DNA of 64,000 nucleotides from an uncultured Gemmatimonadaceae bacterium (GTDB lineage: Bacteria > Gemmatimonadota > Gemmatimonadetes > Gemmatimonadales > Gemmatimonadaceae). This document shows, piece after piece, positions 1 through 9,407 of the stretch. Numbering within the stretch: position 1 is the first letter of the stretch; each line of letters starts with the position of its first letter. Where the stretch lies: NCBI GenBank assembly GCA_963822945.1, contig CAWGJO010000036.1, forward strand, positions 32,001 through 96,000, given 5' to 3'. The position numbers and the translations under genes were made by a program. The notes beneath the pieces were generated by a model. The model worked only from the letters and a program-made list of their open reading frames with translations. It was not told where the DNA came from and did not search any database.

Positions 1-792
1 GGGCAGCATGCGGGCCTGCATCTTGAGCGTGACCTCGATGGGCTGCCCGCGATTCTGCATGCGGTGGAGCATCTCAGCGTCTTCCACGGTGAGCGCGGCA
101 GACGGAATCCTGGGCACGCCGGGCTGGTAACGGAGCGCCCCGGTGTGCGGCGTCTGCTGCGAGTGGGGCGTCACCGATCGAATGAGCGCCGCCACCGCGC
201 CCACCCTGGCCGCAGCCGAGGCGGCGCCACCGCGATAGGCGACGTTCTGTTCGTAGCCCTGCATGGGCGGCACGTCGGTGGGAAAGGGCGAGTCGAAGAG
301 CACGATCTTGCCCTTGGCTTCGGCGGCGTGCGCCGTGAGATCGTCGAAACTGTTCACCACGAGCACCGGCGCCGTGATGCCCTCGGGCGGCGTGCCGACG
401 CTGCCGCCGAGTCCGATCATGTGCAGCTTCCACTCGCGCGGTGAGACGAGCGTGGCGCTCTCGTCGCCGCGTACCCAGTGGGGCACCATGACCGGTTCGC
501 CGTGCACGTTGGCCAGGCTGTCCTCGTCCATCCGGGCCAGCACCCAATTGATGGCGCGTTCCAGCCCCGGTGACCCGCTCAGACGACTTCCGTAGGTATC
601 GGTCATCGTCGCCAGCCGGCTGTAGGCCATGGTGTCGGCCATGGCGGCCGCGATGATCCGGTCCGCGGCCGAGCGGTAGCGGCGCGCGAGCGGGGAGGCG
701 GCCGCCTGGGCGAACGCCGAGGTCGCAACGCCGAGCAGGAGGGAAGCCGCCGCGAGGGTGGCGGCGATTCGGGAAGTCAGGGAGGGACGCAT
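1..792 (-). CDS. M28 family carboxypeptidase Q-like metallopeptidase, exported (3' part outside window)
   Basis: Not in the ORF track because it has no stop in the window. Manual translation from ATG at 792: MRPSLTSRIAATLAAASLLLGVATSAFAQ (signal peptide) ... YSRLATMTDTYGSRLSGSPGLERAINW ... EPVMVPHWVRG ... GLGGSVGTPPEGITAPVLVVNSFDDL ... AKGKIVLF, typical of CPQ/PGCP-type M28 enzymes. Confidence 0.85.
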   Translation of the reverse strand, partial: MRPSLTSRIAATLAAASLLLGVATSAFAQAAASPLARRYRSAADRIIAAAMADTMAYSRLATMTDTYGSRLSGSPGLERAINWVLARMDEDSLANVHGEPVMVPHWVRGDESATLVSPREWKLHMIGLGGSVGTPPEGITAPVLVVNSFDDLTAHAAEAKGKIVLFDSPFPTDVPPMQGYEQNVAYRGGAASAAARVGAVAALIRSVTPHSQQTPHTGALRYQPGVPRIPSAALTVEDAEMLHRMQNRGQPIEVTLKMQARMLP

Positions 793-1023
793 CGAGCCTT
801 CGGGGTGATGGGGTAGGAACTGGCGGGCAGTCCGGGCGCAGCAGTCGGGCGTGGACGGTCAACAGCCGGCAGTCGACAGGGGCCTGTCTGCTGCCGATGG
901 GGAGCCACCCGCCGCCGGATCCGAAGGATCAACTTACCCGCCCCGGGGCCGCCATTCAAACCGTGGACAGCCGGCGGCTGTCTCAGCGTCGGTGCACTTC
1001 CCAACCCGACTCTGGAGACCGGC

Positions 1024-1839
1024 ATGAAGACCCTTCCCGTCCTTTCGGCGCTCGCCCTGAGCGCGGCCCTCGCCCTTCCCGCCGCGGTCCATGCGCAGCA
1101 GGACCGGGCCGACCGCTGGCTCGACAACTGCCGCCACAACGACTGGGGCGACCGCGGCCGATTCTGCGACGTGAAGCAGTTCACGATCAAGGACCCGGCG
1201 AGTTCGATTCGTGTGGATGCGGGCCCCAACGGCGGCGTGAGCGTCTTCGGCTGGGACAAGCCGACGATGCTGGTGGTGGCGAAGATCCAGGCCAACGGCG
1301 ACGATGACGCCGACGCGAAGGACGTCGCCAGCCGGATCAAGATCACCGCCGAGCCGTCTCACGTGGAGTCCGACGGTCCGTCCACGCACCGGCATCAGGG
1401 GTGGTCGGTGAGCTATGACGTGTACGTCCCCACGAAGACGGGTCTCGACGTGAGCACCCGAAACGGCGGGGTGAACGTGGAAAAGGTGAACGGGCGGCTC
1501 GACCTGGGCACTACGAACGGCGGCATTCATCTCACGGACGTGGCCGGCGACGTGCGCGCCGAGACGACCAATGGAGGCGTGAGCGCCAGCCTGAGCGGAA
1601 CCACCTGGAACGGGAATGGGCTCGACCTTCGCACCACCAACGGCTCGGTGACGCTGGAGATCCCGAAGGGCTACAACGCGCGGCTCGAGACGGGGACCAC
1701 GAACGGCGGATTCAGCATCGACTTCCCGATCACGGTGCAGGGATCGTTGGGGCGGCGCATCACGACCACGCTGGGCACGGGCGGCCCGATGATCCGGGCG
1801 ACGACGGTGAACGGTGGCGTGCGGATCAAGCAGCGCTGA
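1024..1839 (+). CDS. DUF4097-type beta-strand repeat (putative adhesin-like) exported protein
   Basis: Signal peptide (AVHA-QQ), repeated xTxNGGV/I motifs, GGAG RBS upstream. Confidence 0.85.
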   Translation: MKTLPVLSALALSAALALPAAVHAQQDRADRWLDNCRHNDWGDRGRFCDVKQFTIKDPASSIRVDAGPNGGVSVFGWDKPTMLVVAKIQANGDDDADAKDVASRIKITAEPSHVESDGPSTHRHQGWSVSYDVYVPTKTGLDVSTRNGGVNVEKVNGRLDLGTTNGGIHLTDVAGDVRAETTNGGVSASLSGTTWNGNGLDLRTTNGSVTLEIPKGYNARLETGTTNGGFSIDFPITVQGSLGRRITTTLGTGGPMIRATTVNGGVRIKQR

Positions 1840-1904
1840 ACGGACCCTCCCAAAAAGCAGGCGGTGAGACTCCAGCCGCCAGCCGTGAGCTGGCCGCAAC
1901 AACG

Positions 1905-2000
1905 CCAAAACAGATCCCGGCACCGCGCCGAGATCTGTCTTGGTATAGTCGCTGTTGACTGAAGGCTGTGAGCCGACAACTCAAAGCCTTCAGTTGCAGC
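1905..2000. terminator. Two tandem hairpins between convergent genes, probable terminators
   Basis: ACAGATC...GATCTGT stem (about 1905-1943) and ACTGAAGGCT...AGCCTTCAGT stem (about 1951-2000). Confidence 0.4.
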
Positions 2001-2018
2001 TCCCGCGTCTTCCAGTCC

Positions 2019-5000
2019 TCAGTTCTTCCCGAGAATCGCGTCCGCCTCCTTCAGCCGTGCATCCAGATCCTTCCGGAGCGTTGCGTACCGCGACACGGCA
2101 TCGTTGCTGATCTTCTGGTCGGCATCGTTGGTCATGCCATACAGGTACGTGATGTGCGTCTGCAGCTTCGGTTCGCTGTAGCGGATGCTCGACGTGATCA
2201 GCTGCTCGGCCAGGGCGTTGACCTTGGCCAGCGTGTCCGCCGCCGCGCCCGTCGCGCCGTGGAGCCGGCGCTGGGCCGCCTCCACCCGCGCTACGAGGTG
2301 ATTGACGTCGCTCACCAGCGTGCGCACACGCATGTTGTGATCGAACTGCGTGCGCAGGATCGCGGTGGTGATGCCGTCCTTCGTGATGCGCGGATCCTCG
2401 ACCACGGTGAGCGGCTGCGTGCTGGTGCTCGACCCGACGGTGAGCTTCACCGTGTAGCGGCCCGGCACGGCCATCGGGCCGTTGCCGCCGTCGGGGCGCG
2501 ACGCACTCTCCCAGGGACCGGGATAGCGCAGGTCCCAGGTGAAGCGATGCATGCCTACCGACTTGTCGAGGCGAGCCGGCGCTCCCCGTCCGCGGAAGCC
2601 GCCGCCTCGGCCACCGCGCCCGGCACGCCCTTCAGCCGGCGCCTCACTCGTGAAGCTCTTGACGACGTTGCCGGCCGCGTCGAGCACCGTGAGCGTGACG
2701 TCGCCCGCCGGCGCCTGGCCGAGGTAGTAGTCGATCTGCGCACCCGGCGCCGGATACTCCGGCCCCGCGCCGCGCCCGAACCCACCGAATCCGCCGCGCC
2801 CACCGTGCCGGATGGCCGTCTCGGGCTTGAACAGGTAGGCCGCCGACGCCGCGACCTTATCGCTCAGCTGATGCAGCGGCGACAGGTTGTCGAGCACCCA
2901 GAACGAACGCCCCTGGGTGGAGATCACGAGCGAGTTGTGAGCCACCTTGATGTCGGTGACGGGCGTGACGGGCAGATTCATCTGGAACGGCTGCCAGTGG
3001 CCGCCATCGTCGAACGAGACGTAGATCCCGAACTCGGTGCCGGCGTAGAGCAGGCCGGCGCGATCGGGATCCACGCGCACGACGCGCGTGGGCGTGTTGG
3101 CGGGGATGCCGTTGGTGCCGTCGGTGAGCCGCGTCCAGGTCTTGCCGAAATCCGTGGTGTGATAGATGTACGGCGCGAAATCGCCGAGCAGGTAGCGGTA
3201 GATGGCGACGTAGGCGCCGCCCGCATGGTGCGGATCGGGGTCGATGTTCTGGACGCGGCCGCCCGGCTCGAGCCCCGGCGGCGTGATCCGGGTCCAGGTC
3301 TTGCCGTCGTTGCGCGTTACGGCAACGATGCCGTCGTTGGAGCCCGTCCAGATGACGCCCTTCTGCACCGGCGACTCCCGGATCGCATAGAGCGTGCTGT
3401 AGACTTCCTCGCCCGTCGCGTCGCGCGTGATCGGGATGCCGCTCGCCTCCTGCGGCGCGCCCGGGGGATCCCACGTGAGGTCGGGACTGATGGTCTGCCA
3501 GTTGGCGCCCTCGTCGCGCGAGCGGTGCACGTACTGTGAGCCGTAGTAGACGGTGTTCTGATCGAAGGGCGAGACCTCCATGGGCGACACGCGCTGGAAG
3601 CGATAGATCAGCGTCGCCCCGCCGTTGCCATACAGCGACTGCCCGCCCACCCAGTACTGCTGCTCGTTGGCCGTCTTCAGATTCAGGCGGCTGAACTGTC
3701 CCTTGCACCCGCCGTAGACGGTGTCGGGACTCGCGATGTTCGGAATGATCGGGCCCGTTTCGCATCCGGGACCGCTGCGCCAGTCCTGTCCGTTGCCAAG
3801 CGGCAGGCTGGGCACGATGAGCGTGTTGTCGTCCTGCTGGGCGCCGTACACGCGATACGGGTACTGGCTGTCCACCGCCACCTGATAGATCTCGGCGGTA
3901 GGCTGGTTGAGCTGCGTGCTCCAGGTCTGGCCGCCGTCGGTGGACACGTTCGCGCCACCGTCGTTCGACTGGATCATGTAGTTGGAGTTGGTCGGGTTGA
4001 TCCAGATGTCGTGGTTGTCACCGTGCGGCGTGCGTTCGGTGCGGAACGTCTTGCCGCCATCGGTGCTCTTGTACCATCCCTCGTCGCCCACGTACACCAC
4101 GTCGGCGTTGCTCGGATCGACGCCGAGGGTGTTGTAGTAGAAGGGACGCGTCCAGAGGTTCTGCGCGCCGTTGACGAGATTCCACGTGGCACCGGCGTCT
4201 TCGGAGCGGTAGAGCCCACCGCCCGGCTTCGCCTCGATGAGCGCGTAGATCCGATTCGGCATCGCGTTCGAGATCGCGACGTTGGCCCGCCCGAACAGCT
4301 GATGCGGCAGCCCCCCGGCCAGCTTGATCCAGGTGGCGCCACCGTCGGTGCTCTTGTAGATGCCGCCCTCGTACGCGCCGCTGATGATCGTCCAGGGTTT
4401 CCGCTGCCCGTGCCACATGGTGGCGAACACCACGCTCGGGTTGCCGGGCTGCAGTTCCAGATCGGCGGCGCCGGTGCTGTCGGACACGTACAGCACCTTC
4501 TTCCAGGTGGCCCCGCCGTCGGTGGTCTTGAAGACCCCGCGATCGACGTTGGGTACGAAGGGGTTGCCGAGCGCGGCCACGTAGACGACGTCGGGGTTGG
4601 TCGGGTCGATGCGGATGGTCGAGATCTGCCCCACCTTCTCGAGCCCGATGAAGCGCCAGGTCCGCCCGGCATCGGTGGACTTGTAGATGCCCCGTCCGAT
4701 GGAGACGTTGCTGCGGATCTTCGACGACCCGGTGCCCGCGTAGACCACGTTGGGGTCGGAGCTGGCGACGTCCACCGCGCCCATCGACGCGACGGCGAAG
4801 TAGCCATCCGACACGTTGTTCCACGTGACACCGGCGTCCGTGGTCTTCCAGACGCCGCCGCCCGTAGAGCCCATGTAGAACGTGCGCGGCTGCGACGCCA
4901 CGCCGGTCACCGTGGTTACGCGGCCGCCCCGGAAGGGACCGATCAGCCGGTAGTGCATCCCCGACCAGAGCGTCGAGTCGTAGGTCGCGTGCTGAGCGCC

Positions 5001-5069
5001 CGCCGCCAGCGGCAGGGCCAGCAGCAACAGGGCGGCGCCGGCGGCGCCACGCAGGGTCTGTCTGCTCAT
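2019..5069 (-). CDS. VPS10/BNR-repeat beta-propeller glycosyl hydrolase-like exported protein
   Basis: Start MSRQTLRGAAGAALLLLALPLAAGAQ at 5069 with GAGGAG RBS. YRLIGPFRGGRV, many S/TxDGGxTW Asp-boxes, PHGDNHDIWI motif. Confidence 0.88.
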   Translation of the reverse strand: MSRQTLRGAAGAALLLLALPLAAGAQHATYDSTLWSGMHYRLIGPFRGGRVTTVTGVASQPRTFYMGSTGGGVWKTTDAGVTWNNVSDGYFAVASMGAVDVASSDPNVVYAGTGSSKIRSNVSIGRGIYKSTDAGRTWRFIGLEKVGQISTIRIDPTNPDVVYVAALGNPFVPNVDRGVFKTTDGGATWKKVLYVSDSTGAADLELQPGNPSVVFATMWHGQRKPWTIISGAYEGGIYKSTDGGATWIKLAGGLPHQLFGRANVAISNAMPNRIYALIEAKPGGGLYRSEDAGATWNLVNGAQNLWTRPFYYNTLGVDPSNADVVYVGDEGWYKSTDGGKTFRTERTPHGDNHDIWINPTNSNYMIQSNDGGANVSTDGGQTWSTQLNQPTAEIYQVAVDSQYPYRVYGAQQDDNTLIVPSLPLGNGQDWRSGPGCETGPIIPNIASPDTVYGGCKGQFSRLNLKTANEQQYWVGGQSLYGNGGATLIYRFQRVSPMEVSPFDQNTVYYGSQYVHRSRDEGANWQTISPDLTWDPPGAPQEASGIPITRDATGEEVYSTLYAIRESPVQKGVIWTGSNDGIVAVTRNDGKTWTRITPPGLEPGGRVQNIDPDPHHAGGAYVAIYRYLLGDFAPYIYHTTDFGKTWTRLTDGTNGIPANTPTRVVRVDPDRAGLLYAGTEFGIYVSFDDGGHWQPFQMNLPVTPVTDIKVAHNSLVISTQGRSFWVLDNLSPLHQLSDKVAASAAYLFKPETAIRHGGRGGFGGFGRGAGPEYPAPGAQIDYYLGQAPAGDVTLTVLDAAGNVVKSFTSEAPAEGRAGRGGRGGGFRGRGAPARLDKSVGMHRFTWDLRYPGPWESASRPDGGNGPMAVPGRYTVKLTVGSSTSTQPLTVVEDPRITKDGITTAILRTQFDHNMRVRTLVSDVNHLVARVEAAQRRLHGATGAAADTLAKVNALAEQLITSSIRYSEPKLQTHITYLYGMTNDADQKISNDAVSRYATLRKDLDARLKEADAILGKN

Positions 5070-5095
5070 CGTCACTCCTCGGTATCGATCGACGT

Positions 5096-6280
5096 TCACG
5101 GTTCGCGATCCCACGCTGCGAGGACCGCCTGCACCACGGAATCCACTTTGTCGCCGGCCACCGCGCCCTGGGCCATGCGCGGCGATCCGCCCCCGCGGCC
5201 GCCGGCGTCGGCGAGCGCCTGCTTCAACACACTGCCGGCCACGAGCCCGGAGTCTTCGGAAGTACCAACCATCACCTGGCCGGCCCCCGCCACGGCGCCC
5301 ACGAAGGCCGACTTGGGCAGTGCGCACACGGCGTGGGCCAGCCCGCGGATGTCGTCCAGCGTCCCGCCGGCCACCACTTCCACTACGCGCCGCACACCGC
5401 GAACGTCGGGCTCCGTGGCGTCGTACCGCTCGCGGGCGTGATACGCGTCCAGTTCCCTGGCCAGCTTGCGACGCGCCGACTCCGCCTGTTGCGCCGCTTC
5501 GAGACGGGCCGGCACGATGCCCGGCGCCTCGTCCACGCCGCACGACAGCGCGTTGGCGATCGTCGAGAGCGCCGCATAGTCGGCGCGGGCGCGGGCCACG
5601 GCGCGCAGCCCGCACACGAACTCGATGCGCGTGCCCTGCTTCACCTTCTCGGTGCGGCGCAGCAACATGCCGCCGATCTCGCCGGTGGCGCGCACATGTG
5701 TGCCGCCGCACGCGCTGCGGTCCACGTCGGCGATGGTCACCACGCGAATCTCCCCGGACCGATCGGACGGCTTCCGCAACCCGATGGCCGACGCCGCGTC
5801 CTCGAACGAGACGGTCACCACCCGGTTCTCGGCGATCACCCGGTTCGCGCGTTCCTCGGCGGCCTCCAGCTTCGCCGGCGGAGTGACGTCGGCACTCACG
5901 TCGAGCGTCGAGGTCCGGTCGCCGAAGTGCACGCTCACCGTCTTCCAGCCGAACAGATCCTCCAGCACGGCGCTGAGGAGATGCTGCCCCGTGTGCTGCT
6001 GCATGTGGTCGAACCGGCGTTCCCAGTCGACGTGGCCCTCCACGGCGCCCGCCGTCCGCGCCAGCGGCGCGTCCACCACGTGGGCGATGCGCGATTCCTC
6101 GTCGATCACGTCGACGATGCGGCGTCCGCCCAGCGTGCCGGTGTCGAACGGCTGTCCGCCCGACGTGGGATACAGCGCCGTTCGATCGAGGTAGACACGA
6201 CGCCCGCCGTCGGCGACTTCGACGATCGTAGCGGCGAAGTCGGTCAGGTAGGCATCATTGTAGTAGAGCCGCTCGGTCAT
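5096..6280 (-). CDS. Alanyl-tRNA editing protein (AlaX-like) with C-terminal DHHA1 domain
   Basis: MTERLYY, LDRTALYPTSGGQPFDTG, HMQQHTGQHLLS and CGGTHV zinc motifs, C-terminal GGRGGG (DHHA1). Confidence 0.9.
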   Translation of the reverse strand: MTERLYYNDAYLTDFAATIVEVADGGRRVYLDRTALYPTSGGQPFDTGTLGGRRIVDVIDEESRIAHVVDAPLARTAGAVEGHVDWERRFDHMQQHTGQHLLSAVLEDLFGWKTVSVHFGDRTSTLDVSADVTPPAKLEAAEERANRVIAENRVVTVSFEDAASAIGLRKPSDRSGEIRVVTIADVDRSACGGTHVRATGEIGGMLLRRTEKVKQGTRIEFVCGLRAVARARADYAALSTIANALSCGVDEAPGIVPARLEAAQQAESARRKLARELDAYHARERYDATEPDVRGVRRVVEVVAGGTLDDIRGLAHAVCALPKSAFVGAVAGAGQVMVGTSEDSGLVAGSVLKQALADAGGRGGGSPRMAQGAVAGDKVDSVVQAVLAAWDREP

Positions 6281-6428
6281 CTCGCGCATCCCGTTCCCGA
6301 TCTGTCCCGGCACCGTTGCCGTCAGCGGACGGCTGGCAGCTCAGAGCCTTCCGGTGCTGCTCTTCGCTGTGTCCGGTTCTAAACATCCCTCTCCGCGCAA
6401 AGATTTTGAAGGGCAACTGCATCTCCCA

Positions 6429-8942
6429 GTGAACCCCCTCCCCATCGACGAGGCCCTCCCGGCCCTCCGGACTGCCCTGCGGACGCACGCGGCGGCGGTC
6501 CTCCAGGCGCCTCCGGGCGCCGGCAAGACCACGCGCATCCCCCTCGCCCTGCTCGATGAGCCGTGGCTCGCCGGCCGGGGGATCGTGATGCTGGAGCCGC
6601 GCCGGCTTGCCACTCGAGCCGCCGCCCGATTCATGGCGCGGTCGCTGGGTGAATCACCCGGCGGCACGGTGGGCTTTCGCGTGCGCGGCGAGGCGCGCGT
6701 CGGCCGGACCACGCGCGTCGAGGTGGTGACCGAGGGAATCCTCACCCGCCGGATCCGCCACGACCCGGGGCTCGACGGCGTCGGTCTCCTGATCTTCGAC
6801 GAGTTTCACGAGCGCAGCGTCCACGCCGACCTCGGCCTGGCGCTCGCCCTGCAATCGCAGGAGCTGTTGCGCGAGGATCTCCGCATCCTGGTCATGTCGG
6901 CCACGCTCGACGGCGACGCGATCTCGACCTTGCTCGGCGGCGCCCCCATCGTGAGCAGCGAGGGGCGGGCGTTCCCGGTCGACACCCGGTACCTGCCGCC
7001 GCGCCCGGAAGGCCGGCTCGAGCGCGACGTCACCGCCGCCGTGGCCCGCGCTGTTTCGGAGGAGGAAGGTGACATCCTCGTCTTCCTTCCCGGTGCCGCC
7101 GAGATCCGCCGGGTGGCCGAGGTGCTGGCGGCTCGGCTGGCCGACTCCCCGGCCGATGTGCTCCCACTGTTCGGAGACCTGCCGTCCGCCGATCAGGACC
7201 GCGCGATCGCGCCCAGTCCCCCCGGCCAGCGCAAGATCGTGCTCGCCACAAACATCGCGCAGACCAGCCTCACCATCGAGGGCGTCCGCGTGGTGATCGA
7301 CGCCGGCCTGTCACGCGTGCCCCGCTTCTCGCCGCGCACCGGGATGACCCGTCTGGAGACGGTGCGCGTGTCGCGGGCCTCGGCGGATCAGCGCCGCGGG
7401 CGGGCCGGACGGCTGGCCCCCGGGGTGTGCTACCGGCTGTGGGACGAACACGAAGACCACCACCTGGTGCCTCACGACCAGCCGGAGATCCTCACCGCCG
7501 ATCCGGCGCCGGTGGCACTCGAATTGGCCGCGGCCGGGGTGGCCGATCCCGCGGAGTTGAAGTGGCTGGATCCGCCGCCTGCGGCCGCGTTTCGCCAGGC
7601 GTGCGAACTTTTGCGCGAGCTCGGCGCTCTTGGCGACGACCTCAGGCTGACCGAGCACGGCGGCCAGTTGAGCGAGCTCGGCACCCACCCGCGCCTGGCG
7701 CACCTGGTGATCCGCGGGAGCGAACTCGGTGCGGCCGAACTCGCCCCGCTCGTCGCGGCGCTGCTGGAGGAGCGGGACATCCTGCGCGGCGAAGGCGGAC
7801 CGCCGCCCGCCGATTTTGCACTGCGCGTGGACGCGATGCGCGGGCGAAGCGGCATGGCCAATGTCACGGGCGCACGCGTGGACGGCGGGGGCGCGCGCAG
7901 AGTGCGGGAGTTGGCCGCCCGGTGGCGGGCGGCGCTCCCGGGATCGGTTGCTTCCGGCACGGGAGCCGAGCCGCCGAGCGTCGGTTTGCTGCTCGCCCTG
8001 GCCTACCCCGACCGCATCGCGCAACGCCGCCCGGGCCAGCGCACGCGCTACCTGATGCGCAACGGGCAGGGCGTCGTGCTGGGCGACGCCGGGGCGTTCG
8101 GCGACGCCGAGTACCTGGTGATTCCCGAGACCGACGGACGACAGCCGGAAAGCCGCATCTATCTGGCGGCGCCGGTGGAGCTGTCGGACATCGAAGCGCA
8201 GTTCGGCGATCAGATCATCACCGACGACGAGTACGTCTGGGAGGACCAGCGTTCGGCGGTGACGGCGCGGCGCGTGACGCGGCTGGGCGCGATCACGCTC
8301 GGTGAGCGGCGGATTGCCGAGCCCGACGCGGCGCGCGTGGCGGAGGTTCTGGCCGGGCAACTGCTCCGTCGGGGCATGGCGGACCTTCCGTGGAGCGACG
8401 ACGCGCGATTGCTGCGGCAGCGCGTGGCCTTCCTGCGCACGCTCGACGGCGCGTGGCCGGATCTCTCGGATCAGGCGTTGACTGCGGCGGCGGACGGCTG
8501 GCTGGCGCCGCTGCTCGTGGGCGTGCGGAAGCTGGATGACGTGCGCCGGCTCGACCTGGCCGGTGCCCTGCGGGGAATGCTCACGTGGGAGCAGCGTGCC
8601 TCGCTCGACGCACTGGCGCCCACGCACGTGGTGGTGCCGACGGGCTCGCGCATCGCGGTCGACTACTCGGCGCCTGAGGCGCCGGTGCTCGCGGTGCGAT
8701 TGCAGGAGATGTTCGGCCTGGCCGAGACACCGCGGATCGGCGGGGGCCGGGTACCGCTCACGCTGCATCTGCTATCGCCGGCTCGGCGCCCCGTGCAGGT
8801 GACGCGCGATCTGGCCGGGTTCTGGCGCGACAGTTATTTCGACGTACGGAAGGACCTGCGCGGGCGGTATCCGAAGCACTACTGGCCGGACAATCCGCTG
8901 GAGGCGGAGCCGACGCGGCGGACGAAGCGGCGCGGGGATTGA
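6429..8942 (+). CDS. hrpB: ATP-dependent RNA helicase HrpB
   Basis: APPGAGKTT (Walker A), DEFHER, MSAT, LATNIAQTSLTIEGV, QRRGRAGR, and HrpB C-terminus LQEMFG...RYPKHYWP. GTG start at 6429. Confidence 0.95.
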   Translation: MNPLPIDEALPALRTALRTHAAAVLQAPPGAGKTTRIPLALLDEPWLAGRGIVMLEPRRLATRAAARFMARSLGESPGGTVGFRVRGEARVGRTTRVEVVTEGILTRRIRHDPGLDGVGLLIFDEFHERSVHADLGLALALQSQELLREDLRILVMSATLDGDAISTLLGGAPIVSSEGRAFPVDTRYLPPRPEGRLERDVTAAVARAVSEEEGDILVFLPGAAEIRRVAEVLAARLADSPADVLPLFGDLPSADQDRAIAPSPPGQRKIVLATNIAQTSLTIEGVRVVIDAGLSRVPRFSPRTGMTRLETVRVSRASADQRRGRAGRLAPGVCYRLWDEHEDHHLVPHDQPEILTADPAPVALELAAAGVADPAELKWLDPPPAAAFRQACELLRELGALGDDLRLTEHGGQLSELGTHPRLAHLVIRGSELGAAELAPLVAALLEERDILRGEGGPPPADFALRVDAMRGRSGMANVTGARVDGGGARRVRELAARWRAALPGSVASGTGAEPPSVGLLLALAYPDRIAQRRPGQRTRYLMRNGQGVVLGDAGAFGDAEYLVIPETDGRQPESRIYLAAPVELSDIEAQFGDQIITDDEYVWEDQRSAVTARRVTRLGAITLGERRIAEPDAARVAEVLAGQLLRRGMADLPWSDDARLLRQRVAFLRTLDGAWPDLSDQALTAAADGWLAPLLVGVRKLDDVRRLDLAGALRGMLTWEQRASLDALAPTHVVVPTGSRIAVDYSAPEAPVLAVRLQEMFGLAETPRIGGGRVPLTLHLLSPARRPVQVTRDLAGFWRDSYFDVRKDLRGRYPKHYWPDNPLEAEPTRRTKRRGD

Positions 8943-8955
8943 GGCCCGGAACCAC

Positions 8956-9017
8956 CTACTAAGCTCATAGTTGACAAATTGACCCCGCCCCCTACATTCC
9001 TACTACCCTGAGAGTAG
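8956..9017 (+). promoter_or_regulatory. Sigma70-type promoter overlapped by two palindromic operator boxes (probable BlaI autoregulatory sites)
   Basis: TTGACA 8971-8976, 16-bp spacer, TACATT 8993-8998. Boxes CTACT-N8-AGTTG (8956-8973) and CTACT-N8-AGTAG (9000-9017). Confidence 0.7.
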
Positions 9018-9020
9018 AGG

Positions 9021-9407
9021 ATGGACATGGGCGACTTCGTACTGGGCGATCGCGAACTGGACGTGATGAGCGTGCTGTGGGATCTCGGCTCCGGCACCGT
9101 GGCCGAGGTGCGCAAGCAACTGCCCGCGGATCTGGCTTATACCACGGTGCTCACCATTCTGCGCAACCTCGAAGCCAAGGGGCTGGTGTCGCACGCCGCC
9201 GAAGGAAAGGCGCACCGCTACAGTCCGCGGGTGGCGCGCCGGGCGGCGCGGCGCAACGCGCTGTCGCAGGTAATCGACAAACTCTTCCATGGATCACCGG
9301 AGCAGTTGTTGGCGCATCTGGTGGAAGAGCGTGCGCTCACCGCAAGCGACCTGAAGCGGCTGAACGCGCAGCTCAAGGCGCGTGAGAAGAAGGAAGGAAA
9401 GCCGTGA
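9021..9407 (+). CDS. BlaI/MecI/CopY family transcriptional repressor
   Basis: LGDRELDVMSVLW, LAYTTVLTILRNLEAKG, LFHGS..LLAHLV. Overlaps the M56 gene by 4 bp (GTGA). Confidence 0.93.
   Translation: MDMGDFVLGDRELDVMSVLWDLGSGTVAEVRKQLPADLAYTTVLTILRNLEAKGLVSHAAEGKAHRYSPRVARRAARRNALSQVIDKLFHGSPEQLLAHLVEERALTASDLKRLNAQLKAREKKEGKP

Noticed and set aside
1968..3539. Long antisense or alternate-frame ORFs (also 11322-13343, 18978-21014, 26985-29036, 30781-33003, 60510-63080)
   Set aside because: They shadow well-supported genes on the opposite strand, are Arg/Ala/Gly-rich and motif-free, as expected in GC-rich DNA.
5070..5711. N-terminal extension of the 1230-aa ORF
   Set aside because: It overlaps the AlaX-like gene out of frame. 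The real start at 5069 has an RBS and a signal peptide.
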